NCBI GenBank assembly: GCA_963662465.1
Contig: OY759599.1
Coordinates: forward strand, 3,392,001-3,456,000
DNA from: Desulfatiglandales bacterium
GTDB taxonomy: Bacteria > Desulfobacterota > DSM-4660 > Desulfatiglandales > Desulfatiglandaceae
Direction of reading: 5' to 3'
Length of the DNA: 64,000 bases
In this document: positions 29,109 to 38,286 of the stretch, one piece after another
Layout of the letters: every line of letters begins with the position of its first letter
Numbering within the stretch: the first letter of the stretch is position 1
Program-made: the position numbers and the translations under genes
The notes under the pieces: model-generated
The model's input: the letters and a program-made list of their open reading frames with translations, nothing else
The model's database searches: none
What the model was told of the DNA's origin: nothing

Positions 29109-29162
29109 AAGGATGAAGGGTTGATCGATGGCCGGGATTTTGAGGGACAACAAGGGAACCGC
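29109..29162 (-). pseudogene. Short remnant of a paralogue of the 32.7-35.8 kb RND gene
   Basis: About 54 bp nearly identical to 34268-34321; abuts MITE copy 3. Confidence 0.7.
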
Positions 29163-29164
29163 TT

Positions 29165-29319
29165 GGCTCATCGTGGATTCGCGTGAGATTTGGCTTCTGA
29201 GCCGACTGTAGGTGCGACTTCAGTCGCACATTAAGCCGACCCTGTGCGACTGAAGTCGCACCTACAGCCCAAACCGAAACAATCTCAAAGCGCGATTTCA
29301 CGTTAATCCGCGATGAACC
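29165..29319. mobile_element. 155-bp MITE/REP doublet, copy 3
   Basis: Near-identical to the other copies; no TSD; sits between two truncated genes. Confidence 0.88.
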
Positions 29320-29939
29320 AAATTTTCAAGGGACCGCTTCACATGATGCTGCGGGAAGCGCTTTCTCATATCCGATCCATGGTCATCGAAGAAAAGGCAA
29401 TTAAATACCCTGATCGGGCCGAAGCGGACCGGTTTTTCAATTATCCTTTCCCGGCCATTGAAGAGGCCCTGTGTAATGCAATATATCACCGGTCCTATGA
29501 GATACGCGAACCGGTCGAGGTGCGAATTATGCCCGATTGTATCACCATCGGCAGTTTTCCAGGTCCGGACCGTTCTATCCGCGAAAAAGACATGCGGGAA
29601 TTCCGTTTTCTCTCACGCCGTTATCGCAACCGGCGGGTGGGTGAGTTTTTAAAAGAAACGGAAGTCACCCCGCAAGTCACCCCGCAAGTCACCCCGCAAG
29701 TCAAACAGATCCTTAACGTGTTGCAGAGTGAAATGACCCGGACCGAAATAATGAAGAGGCTTGGTTTAAAAGACAGAATGCATTTTAGCAAAGCATATCT
29801 TTTGCCGGCAATGGACGCCGGAGTTGTGAAAATGACACTGCCGGACAAACCGAAAAGCCGTCTTCAAAAATATCGACTCACACAAAACGGCCTAACGTTC
29901 AAGAAGTTGGCGAAGGAAACAACACAGGACAAAATATAG
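29320..29939 (+). pseudogene. 5'-truncated RecG-like ATP-binding protein (HATPase_c_4 plus C-terminal wHTH)
   Basis: EEALCNAIYHRSY, RRYRNRRVGEFLKE, PDKPKSRLQKYRLT; begins at the MITE edge and appears internally deleted. Confidence 0.75.
29662..29703 (+). repeat. 12-bp coding tandem repeat (AAGTCACCCCGC) x3.5
   Basis: Encodes VTPQ repeats. Confidence 0.9.
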
Positions 29940-29981
29940 GAAGAGGATTCATATTTCAGAAAGGATTTTCCCCTTAGGGTC

Positions 29982-30246
29982 TTTCACCCACAGAACGAAA
30001 ATAAGCAGAATAAACCCCATCATGGTGGGCATGGACACATGGTAATTGAGCAGCAGCAGGGTTTAGGAAGCGCCGATGAGGGTGAGGGGAATGGAGAGTA
30101 CGATCATGAGGGCCACCTTGACGCTGTCAAACAGAGCCACCAGAGTGAAAAAGGTCAATGCCACGGCAAATCCGATGGCGAATGCCATTTTCCCCGCCGA
30201 GTTTTTGAACTGCTTCATGTCTCCGGTCTGTTCCATGGTTACCGAC
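29982..30246 (-). pseudogene. C-terminal remnant of a paralogous RND permease
   Basis: Matches about 32687-32720 joined to about 32976-33218; TGG changed to TAA. Confidence 0.85.
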
Positions 30247-30644
30247 TTGGTCGGATGACGACTGGTCATCAACAGGGCAGTCACAAAATATTGGGGTTGT
30301 CAAACATTCCACTAAAGCCATTTTCAATTTTGGAACGGATCAGAGATGCGGCTCATATCACAACCCACTACCCCACTGATATATCAAATATATCAAAAAT
30401 ATTTACAGGTTTCGGTTCATCCAAAAAATCGTGCCAGGGGTCTGCTTTTTTCACGCATCCGGGCTCCAAGCCCAACAGAAGAATGATAGGAAGTCTTCAC
30501 TTTTGGATTAACGACCTAATGCGGACGCGACCACACGATGTAGTGGTTCTCCCATTCTGGGTTCATGGGGTCAATGGACTACAGTTTTACTGAATATCTT
30601 GCCCGTTGTCATTTGAAACCGCATCTGAGATACGTTTGAGATAT

Positions 30645-30777
30645 CTGCAACGTCGGGGGTAAGCTGCCGCCAACATTGCGAGGCAAGTACCTCACGGGCA
30701 CCCCTTGACTGTGTATGGAGCAGTGGCCGTCAAGAACCGCCTTTCTGTTGGCAGTCAGCTTGACCCCATGGTTGGGC
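30645..30777 (-). mobile_element. Integron attC site, copy A
   Basis: Minus strand: R'' GCCCAAC, 5 nt, L'' GGTCAAGC ... L' GCTTACC, 6 nt, R' GTT; two extrahelical bases at the canonical positions. Confidence 0.88.
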
Positions 30778-30994
30778 GTATCGTTTTCCGTGCGATGTCA
30801 ATAAGGGAAAGGAGTGCATCATTCACAGCTTCCTCATTCGGGAAAGCCTGTGCAACCTCCGGCTTGAGAACGACGATATTAGATGACTCTTTCAAGCGTT
30901 TTGCATACTTGCCCCGCACAAAACCGCCAGGAAAATCAGCTCGCTTATATTCTGGGCGGAGTTCGTCTTTGTCGATTTTTTTATCCGTCTTCAT
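30755..30994 (-). CDS. BrnA-like antitoxin
   Basis: DELRPEY...VRGKYA...VVLKPEVAQAFPNEEAVNDAL; overlaps the toxin stop. Confidence 0.85.
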   Translation of the reverse strand: MKTDKKIDKDELRPEYKRADFPGGFVRGKYAKRLKESSNIVVLKPEVAQAFPNEEAVNDALLSLIDIARKTIRPTMGSS

Positions 30995-31253
30995 AGAGAT
31001 TTCGTTCTCCTTTGCTCGCCTTACGAGCGCTTATAAGCCTAATAGTTTCCCCTTCCTCAGTATGAGAGACCACAAGGAGTCTATTCCTTGCTGACACCCC
31101 GAACGTGACATATCGATCTTCATAATCAGAATGATCGGGATCAGCACCGGTGACGGCCATGGGGTCACTCAGAGCAGTTGCAGCTTCTTCAAATGCAACC
31201 CCATGCTTTTTAAGGTTAAGTTTTGCCTTTTTTAAATCCCATTCAATTTTCAT
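30981..31253 (-). CDS. brnT: BrnT-family ribonuclease toxin
   Basis: EWDLKKAKLNLKKHGVAFEEA, EDRYVTFG, IRLISARKA. Confidence 0.92.
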   Translation of the reverse strand: MKIEWDLKKAKLNLKKHGVAFEEAATALSDPMAVTGADPDHSDYEDRYVTFGVSARNRLLVVSHTEEGETIRLISARKASKGERNLYEDG

Positions 31254-31423
31254 AGTCTAAATTATACCACGTTCCTGCATTTTTGCCAGAGGCTTCGCAG
31301 TCGTTCAGAGCCCAACCACTGATTATCAGGTCGATTTGCTCTGATAATATGATATTGACAAAAAAATCAGGCAAAACCATTCACCAGCCACGTAGATCAT
31401 CACATTTGACCAAAATAATAAAA

Positions 31424-31578
31424 GGTTCATCGCGGATTAACGTGAAATCGCGCTTTGAGATTGTTTCGGTTCGGGCTGTAGGTGCGACTTCAGTCGCACA
31501 GGGTCGGCTTAATGTGCGACTGAAGTCGCACCTACAATCGGCTCAGAAGCCAAATCTCATGCGAATCCACGATGAGCC
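31424..31578. mobile_element. 155-bp MITE/REP doublet, copy 4 (inverted orientation)
   Basis: 8-bp TSD TAATAAAA at 31416-31423 and 31579-31586. Confidence 0.9.
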
Positions 31579-32146
31579 TAATAAAACTACTCAGTGAAAA
31601 TCAATGCAATTCGCCATCAATGACAACATCAGTAGTCACAAGATCTACGTTATTTGAGGAGTGTAGCCTGTTCTGGTGATATATTGAGTTATGTTGTGTG
31701 TTGGCCTAACCTATCGAAATAATAAGGGAGTTCGGATCTGGCTTAAGAAATGATGATTTGGTAAAGATTCCGATAGTTTACCTCCAATTTCCAGAAACGG
31801 TTTGAAGGAACTCGCAACATAATAATAATCCTTTAAACATACTTCTGTGTTCTGATCCAGGGGTTAAACTGCTCCGGGGAGGGTTACTGGATCAAGCGAG
31901 CGGGCCTACATCTTTCATAAAGTCTCATATCGCAAACCTCCTATAAGGAAGGTAATTCGACGTGGGGTAGGACATAACAGACAGCTTGCAACTTCTAAAA
32001 TCAATCATAATAATAATATGAGAAAAACCATAAAATCAAGCTTGGTGTAATATATACCATGCTTGTAAGGCAAAGTCAAGCTCAGAATGATAAGAATTAT
32101 ATAGATATTTCAATTTTAAATATGAATTAGATGAATTAAATACACA

Positions 32147-32171
32147 CAACATAACCAAACTCGCAACATAA
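32147..32171 (-). repeat. TTATGTTG-N9-TTATGTTG motif, inverted relative to 22606-22630
   Basis: CAACATAA-CCAAACTCG-CAACATAA on the + strand. Confidence 0.5.
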
Positions 32172-32550
32172 ATTGAGAATATATGAAATCCTCGAACATG
32201 TCAAAAGCAAGAGATATGGCTTTCAATGTTGGGAAATATGACCGGGGATACCGAACCTGATTGATGTCCTGCCTGCACAATATGTATGGGTCGGCCAATT
32301 TACATCGTTATTCCGCCCGATTCAATGATGCTTGCATAAGTCCTGCACGTTACTTAATCAATTTAAACTGATATTCAACCACTTGTAAAGCGACAAATTT
32401 ATAAATATCCAACGGAAGGTTACATATGCCAGCCTTGAAGTCACAGATTTCGCTTCCGAAGACTAATTTCCCGGAATCTCACCAGAAGAAGAAGTACGTG
32501 CATTCCTCAGTGAGTACCTCCCCGATGTCCGCTACAATACCAGATCAATT

Positions 32551-32635
32551 ACTGTTATTGAACGAGAAAATAATGCATTACCTGGCATTGAAATCAAGGC
32601 CGGTTCTGCTGTCGGAAAAAAGGGTTTCGAACCTT
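32551..32635 (+). pseudogene. Possible DUF4143 C-terminal fragment
   Basis: VIERENNALPGIEIKAGSAVGKKGF resembles the 'GIEIK' nuclease-like tail. Confidence 0.4.
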
Positions 32636-32662
32636 TTTTGGATAGGCTTTCCGGAAGAAATC

Positions 32663-35600
32663 TCATGCTGTTTCAAGGGTTGATGTTTTCACCCACAGAA
32701 CAAAAATGAGCGGAATAAACAGTAGGGTCAAGAAGGTGCCCACGATAAGGCCGCCGATGGCCACTGCCCCAAGAGGCGCCAGACGTTCAAGACCGATGGC
32801 GGACCCCAGGGCCACGGGAAGCATGCCGGCGGCAACCGCAAAGGCGGTCATCAGTACCGGTCGCGTGCGAATGCGGATGCTTTCAAGCATGGCCGCTTCC
32901 GAGCTTAATCCGTCCGCCATCTTTTCCTGAGCAAAATGGATCAGCAAAATGGCGTTGTTCACAATAATGCCGGAGAGCAGAATAAACCCCATCATGGCGG
33001 GCATGGACACATGGTAATTGAGCAGCAGCAGGGTCCAGGAGGCGCCGATGAGGGTGAGGGGGATGGAAAGCACGATCATGAGGGCCACCTTGACGCTGTC
33101 AAACAGCGCCACCAGGGTGAAAAAGATCAATACCACGGCAAATCCGATGGCAAACGCCATTCTCCCCGCGGAGTTTTTGAACTGCTTCATGTCTCCGGTC
33201 TGTTCCATGGTTACCGACGGGGGCAGTTGAAAATCCTTAAAGGCGGTTTCAAAATCGGCCATGATATGGGTGATAGCGGCTTTTTCCCGTGAGGCGTAAA
33301 CATTCAGGGTGTAATTGAGCCCTTCCCGGGTGATCATGCCCGGTTCCGTTTCACTGCTGACGGAGGCCACGGCCCCAAGGGGAATTTTCCCTTTCGGGGA
33401 ATCCAGCAAGGTCGCCTGAATCACCGCCAGGGTATTGCGGTTCATTTCGGGGACCCAGACGCGGACGCCGAAGTCAACGCTGTTTTTAAGGGGAAATGAG
33501 GCGACCCGGGCGCCGCGCAGAACCGCCTGGATCCGGCGTGAAATATCCGCGCCGGTCAATCCGTAAAAGGCGGCCCGTTCCGGGTTGATATCCAGATTAT
33601 AGACGGTTTTGTCATTGGACCAGGTTCTGGAGACGGAAGCCAGCCCCGGGGTTTTGTAAAGGGCTTTTTCCACCCGGTTTCCGGCTGTTTCAAGGTCTTT
33701 AAAGCTGGGGCTGGACAGCATGACGTCAATATTGGCGCGAATACTGGAAAGCGCCGTGGCCCCGTAATCCACCACTTCGAGCCTTTTGAGGTTCTCTATG
33801 CGGGCCATCAGGGGCCGCAAACGCCGTTCCATTTCCCAAACGGATGCCTTCCTTTTGTACCGGTCCACATAGGTAGCGGTGATGGCCATGTGATCGATGC
33901 CGCTGCCGCTGCCGATGCTGAGGACGCCGGGTTCACTGCCGATGGCGGATGACAGGCGCAACAGCCGGCCGTTTTCTCCCAGAATCCTGTCGGCCGCTTT
34001 CACCATTGCCTGACTTTTTTCAATGGGAAGGTTGGGATCGGCCACCATGTTCACCTTGATCCCGCCGGTGTCCATGGGGGGCATCAACTCCTGGCCCACA
34101 AGGGGCATGACCATGCGCATGCTGATCACAAAAAGAGCGGCCAGGACCAGGAAATAGGCCATGGACACCATTTTATACTTCAACCCGAGAGTCACCGCCA
34201 TGCTGAAAAAGGCCTGGATACGGTTGTTGATACGGCCGGTGATGCGTTGAAAAAAATCCTCCAGTCGAAGGATAAAGGGTTGATCGATGGCCAGGATTTT
34301 GAGGGACAACAAGGGGACCGCCGTAATGGAGATGACGTAGGATGCCGCCAGTGCCAGCAGCAGGGTCGCAGCCAGGGGCCGAAAGACGGTCTGGGGGTAG
34401 CCGCCCACAAAGAGGATGGGGGCCAGCGCGATCATGGTGGTCATGGTGCCGGACAGATCCGCGAACATGATCTCCCGAGTGCCCGCAAGAACCGCTTTGT
34501 CAATGGCGCCTTGCCGGGTTTGATAATGCCGTTCAATGTTTTCCATGACCACCACCGCATCATCCAGGAGCAGGCCGAGGGCCAGGATAATGCCCGTTAG
34601 CGTGACCACGTTGAACTCGATCCCTACCATCCACATGAGCGCAATGGTGCTCGCATAGACCATGGGGATGGTCAACAGCACCACCAGCACCTGTCTGAAA
34701 CTGGCCAGAAAGAAAAAGACCACCAGGGTGCTCATGATGATGGCATCCCGCAACGATTCAAACATGTTTTCCATGCTCTGAACGATGAGTTCCTTCTGGG
34801 TATCGGTGATTTCAAACTTCAGATCCGCGTATTTTGCCCTCATATCATCCAGCTTTTCTTCCACCCGGGTGACGGTTCTGATCACATCCGCATCGCGACC
34901 CCGTTGGATGGACAGGGCAATGGCCGGCTTTCCATTGCCGTAATAGGCGGCGGTATTCTCATCATGGCCGAAATAGATGCGGCTCACATCGCCTAACCGT
35001 ACATCGGGCGTCAGGCGAAGGGACCGAAGCCCTGGAACGGTCTCTTCTTTTCCGGGAGATTTCAGGAGATAACGGTCTTTTTCGCTGGTGATAAAACCGA
35101 TGGCGTAATCCTTGTCGTTTTGTTGCAGCACCCCCATTACCGTTCCAAGACCCAGGCCGTATTGATCCAGGGTTTTCTTGTCGATGATGATCTGCACTTC
35201 TTTTTGATAGCCGCCGAAGATATCCACATTGGCCACGCCCGGGATTTTGATCAAATCATGCTTCAGTTGGTTTTCCGCAAGCTGTCGAATGTCGGTGAGG
35301 GGAATGGTTTCGCTGCTGATGCCCACCACCAGGATTGGGGCCGTGGCGGCCGATATTTTGTGGAGCTGAGGTTCCATGAGGTCTTGGGGAAGTCTGGAAC
35401 GGATTTTGTTGATGGCATTTTCCACATCGGCGGCGGCCATATCCAGGTTCTTGGTGTATTCAAATTCCGCCCGGATCACCGACACTTCATCGATGGTGGT
35501 GGAATAAACCCTTCGGATTTTATCAAGGGTGTACAGTTCCTCCTCCACGGGAACGGCAATGTTGGCGGCAATGGTCTTGGCGGAGGCGCCGGGCTGCACC

Positions 35601-35767
35601 ATAACAACGGCAATTTCAGGGTAATTGGATTCCGGGAAGAGGTTTCGGGCGACGTTTTTGTAGCCTACAACCCCCAGGAATACAAACATGACCAGAAAGG
35701 AGTAGATAAAATAGGGGCGTTGCAACAGCCTCTCAATCCAGGATTTATTCACCCGCTTCTTCTCCAT
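32663..35767 (-). CDS. RND efflux permease (AcrB family)
   Basis: GLLLDDAVVVMENI, GIIVNNAILL, RTRPVLMT. Start placed at ATG 35767. Confidence 0.95.
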   Translation of the reverse strand: MEKKRVNKSWIERLLQRPYFIYSFLVMFVFLGVVGYKNVARNLFPESNYPEIAVVMVQPGASAKTIAANIAVPVEEELYTLDKIRRVYSTTIDEVSVIRAEFEYTKNLDMAAADVENAINKIRSRLPQDLMEPQLHKISAATAPILVVGISSETIPLTDIRQLAENQLKHDLIKIPGVANVDIFGGYQKEVQIIIDKKTLDQYGLGLGTVMGVLQQNDKDYAIGFITSEKDRYLLKSPGKEETVPGLRSLRLTPDVRLGDVSRIYFGHDENTAAYYGNGKPAIALSIQRGRDADVIRTVTRVEEKLDDMRAKYADLKFEITDTQKELIVQSMENMFESLRDAIIMSTLVVFFFLASFRQVLVVLLTIPMVYASTIALMWMVGIEFNVVTLTGIILALGLLLDDAVVVMENIERHYQTRQGAIDKAVLAGTREIMFADLSGTMTTMIALAPILFVGGYPQTVFRPLAATLLLALAASYVISITAVPLLSLKILAIDQPFILRLEDFFQRITGRINNRIQAFFSMAVTLGLKYKMVSMAYFLVLAALFVISMRMVMPLVGQELMPPMDTGGIKVNMVADPNLPIEKSQAMVKAADRILGENGRLLRLSSAIGSEPGVLSIGSGSGIDHMAITATYVDRYKRKASVWEMERRLRPLMARIENLKRLEVVDYGATALSSIRANIDVMLSSPSFKDLETAGNRVEKALYKTPGLASVSRTWSNDKTVYNLDINPERAAFYGLTGADISRRIQAVLRGARVASFPLKNSVDFGVRVWVPEMNRNTLAVIQATLLDSPKGKIPLGAVASVSSETEPGMITREGLNYTLNVYASREKAAITHIMADFETAFKDFQLPPSVTMEQTGDMKQFKNSAGRMAFAIGFAVVLIFFTLVALFDSVKVALMIVLSIPLTLIGASWTLLLLNYHVSMPAMMGFILLSGIIVNNAILLIHFAQEKMADGLSSEAAMLESIRIRTRPVLMTAFAVAAGMLPVALGSAIGLERLAPLGAVAIGGLIVGTFLTLLFIPLIFVLWVKTSTLETA

Positions 35768-36830
35768 GAATAATTTGCACGGAGCCATAACTGGGAAGCA
35801 GGCTCAGCTTGGCCTCCGGGCCAAGGGCCACCGGGGAGGACGGACAGGGTTCGATGAGGGCCCGGGTCTCGTTTTGCCCCAGGATTCTGATGGGAAAAGG
35901 GGTGAACCGCTGGTTTTCATACACCATGACCTGTTCCCCTTCCTTTTGATGCAAAACTGCGTTTACAGGTACAACACATCCTTCTCCGGTAAAGACCACC
36001 ACATCGATGGAGAGATAACTGCCGTCGGGTTGATCAAGGAGTTGGCCAGGGGGCTGGTCGAGAACGACCTCGGCCTCGAAAAGAGCGTTTTTCGCATCGC
36101 TGTACCGTTTTAGGACCGTTCCGATTTTTTCTTTCCCCAGAAAAACCGCCTGGCCCGGGGAAATGGGAGGGGTATCCGGCACATAACTGAAGGTGAGTTT
36201 CCGGTCCGGAGAATGGAGGGTTAAAAGGGGTTGACCGGGGGTCGCCAGATTCCCCTTTCGCAAAAAAACCGTTGCGACAATGCCGTCAAAGGGCGCGCGA
36301 ATGTTTAAATAATCCAACTGGATTTTTTGCGCCGCAATTTTCTGGCGGGTCGCTTCCACGGCCGCCTGTTTACCGGCTTGGGCCACCGCTGACGCTTCCA
36401 GTTTTTCCCGGGCCAGACCCCCTACCTTAAAAATGGCCTGATTACGGGCATGCAAACCGTTGGTATAGTTCAAGTCCGCTTCCTGGGATTTCAGGGTTTC
36501 CTCAAGGGACTTTATGGCGGATAGAATCTCCCGATCATCGATTTGAACCAGCAGATCCCCTTTTTTGACCGGCTGATTTTCGGTTACCCGAACAGCCATG
36601 ATGAGACCACTCAATCTTGAAGCGATATGTGCCGTGTCGACGGATGTCAATTGCGCCAAAAATGGCCTCGTCCGGCGCAGGGATGATTCCCTGGGTGAAA
36701 CAGTCTTCACGGAAACAGCCATGGGGATCGGGACGGGGGCATCTTTTGCTTCCTGCATCCGTTTTTTGAGCAGAACCCCGGCGCCCGCAATAAGCCCCGC
36801 CGCCAGCAATATGAAAATGATTTTCTTCAT
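35745..36830 (-). CDS. RND periplasmic adaptor (MFP)
   Basis: IASRLSG...VKKGDLLVQID and IRAPFDG. Confidence 0.92.
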   Translation of the reverse strand: MKKIIFILLAAGLIAGAGVLLKKRMQEAKDAPVPIPMAVSVKTVSPRESSLRRTRPFLAQLTSVDTAHIASRLSGLIMAVRVTENQPVKKGDLLVQIDDREILSAIKSLEETLKSQEADLNYTNGLHARNQAIFKVGGLAREKLEASAVAQAGKQAAVEATRQKIAAQKIQLDYLNIRAPFDGIVATVFLRKGNLATPGQPLLTLHSPDRKLTFSYVPDTPPISPGQAVFLGKEKIGTVLKRYSDAKNALFEAEVVLDQPPGQLLDQPDGSYLSIDVVVFTGEGCVVPVNAVLHQKEGEQVMVYENQRFTPFPIRILGQNETRALIEPCPSSPVALGPEAKLSLLPSYGSVQIIHGEEAGE

Positions 36831-38152
36831 TTCTCCGTTCCGTTCTCCAGCACATAATCGAGGTAAAACTGCGCGCTCAGGCAGGCATATTCGGCGCTGA
36901 TCAAGCGGCTCAGGGCCTGGTGATTGCGGGCTCTGGCATAGAGCAGATCATTTACGCTGATGGCGCCGTTGTCAAATCGCACCTGCTCGATGGTTTGGGT
37001 TTCCGCCGTCATGCCCTGTTCGGCCCTGGCGCTCTTATATTCATCAAGGGCCGTTCTGATTTTGGCCGTTGCCTCAACCAGGGACTTTTTCAAATCAAGG
37101 GCCGTCTTCAATTTTTCCATTTCACTTTGCCGTTTACGAATTCGCGCTTTCTCGCCGGCGGATTCCCGTACCCCGAAATCAAAAATATTCCATGTGAGAT
37201 TCACCACTGTCTGCCAGACTTCCTGGTTATTCCAGTCGCCGCTGTATCGGTTGGAATAGTCGTTGGGACCGAAGTTCCGGCCGAAAAAGGCATTGAAGGT
37301 CACCTGCGGATAATAGCCCGCTTTGCTTTTTTCCACCAGTTTGGCGTTCTTTTCCACTGCCATCACCGCATATTGATAACGATCCAGATCCTTGATGGCG
37401 CCTTCCGGGTCAATGGTTTCAGGGAGACGCCGGGTGACGGGAACCGCTTCCAGGGGGGGCAATTCCGCCACATTCAATAGACCGGCAAGCGTCGCCTTGA
37501 CAATCAGGATGCTGGTTTTAATACGGCTCTCCTGGGCTTTGGCGTTTTCAAGATCGGCCGCCGCTTTCAATTGATCGACCCGGGCCTTTCTATCCAGTTT
37601 TACCTCATAACGGATATCCTCAAAAAGGGCCGCCAACGCCTGAGCGTAAGCATTCTGGGCCGTTTCCTGACGTTCCAGGGCGAGGGCGTTCACATACAGG
37701 CTTTTGACATTGTAGATCAACTGCTCTTCACTCAGCTTCAGGGCCACACCCGCCATCTCCTTCTGCATGACGGCGATTTCAACGGAACGTTGCTGAGCGA
37801 ACCCGGTAAAAAGGGGCACCTCATACATAATGCCGGTGGTGAAAAGGTCCTGGGTGGTGGGCACCGCATAGGGGTCGGAAAGGATGGAGGCCGGCGTCAA
37901 GGGGGCGAGGGTTCGCGGCAGATTATAATGACCGTAAGATGCCACCAGCCCAAATTGCCCGAAATTTTGAGATTTTTTTTCAGCCAGATCGTTTTCACTC
38001 AATGTGTGGTTCATCCGTTGACGTTGCATGTCCGGATTGTTGGCAAGCGCCATGTCCACGGCTTCCTCAAGGCTCAGTCCGCGACCGAGCCCAGGGGACA
38101 CGAACATGACGCCCATGGCCAGCAAGAGAGTGAAAAAAATGAATTTCAACAT
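36827..38152 (-). CDS. TolC-family outer membrane protein
   Basis: Signal peptide; LSLEEAVDMALANNP, VPLFTGF, YYPQV, WNIFDFG. Confidence 0.92.
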   Translation of the reverse strand: MLKFIFFTLLLAMGVMFVSPGLGRGLSLEEAVDMALANNPDMQRQRMNHTLSENDLAEKKSQNFGQFGLVASYGHYNLPRTLAPLTPASILSDPYAVPTTQDLFTTGIMYEVPLFTGFAQQRSVEIAVMQKEMAGVALKLSEEQLIYNVKSLYVNALALERQETAQNAYAQALAALFEDIRYEVKLDRKARVDQLKAAADLENAKAQESRIKTSILIVKATLAGLLNVAELPPLEAVPVTRRLPETIDPEGAIKDLDRYQYAVMAVEKNAKLVEKSKAGYYPQVTFNAFFGRNFGPNDYSNRYSGDWNNQEVWQTVVNLTWNIFDFGVRESAGEKARIRKRQSEMEKLKTALDLKKSLVEATAKIRTALDEYKSARAEQGMTAETQTIEQVRFDNGAISVNDLLYARARNHQALSRLISAEYACLSAQFYLDYVLENGTEK

Positions 38153-38160
38153 CGTTTAAG

Positions 38161-38205
38161 TCAATAACTCCGGTAAATGCCGTCTTTGATTTTTCTTGCC
38201 TTCAT
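38161..38205 (-). pseudogene. 5' stub of an fprA paralogue (MKARKIKDGIYRSY*)
   Basis: First 11 codons match FprA MKARKIKDRIY; the upstream region is duplicated from about 40640-40728. Confidence 0.75.
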
Positions 38206-38270
38206 GGTAATCTCCCTTTTTCACAAGGTAATATCTGTGTCACAAATACCACTCATTTCCATCGTGTGTC

Positions 38271-38286
38271 TTTGCGCCGGCGCAAA
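38271..38286. promoter_or_regulatory. Crp/Fnr (NnrR-type) box TTTGCG-CCGG-CGCAAA
   Basis: Perfect palindrome, identical to 40703-40718. Confidence 0.7.

Larger units (their letters stand above)
30651..31315 (-). mobile_element. Complete integron gene cassette carrying a BrnT/BrnA-like TA pair
   Basis: Begins at G|TTGGGC (31316-31310), the exact complement of its own R'' GCCCAAC. Confidence 0.82.

Noticed and set aside
29662..29703. Tandem repeat as a CRISPR array
   Set aside because: 12-bp unit with no spacers; it is a coding linker repeat.
30414..30433. Lone ISL3-like end GGTTCATCCAAAAAATCGTG
   Set aside because: No partner end or TSD seen; too short to support.
31580..32660. Integron integrase upstream of the cassette
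   Set aside because: No long ORF or tyrosine-recombinase motifs; only AT-rich debris and a 14-codon ORF with an RBS near 31930 (-).
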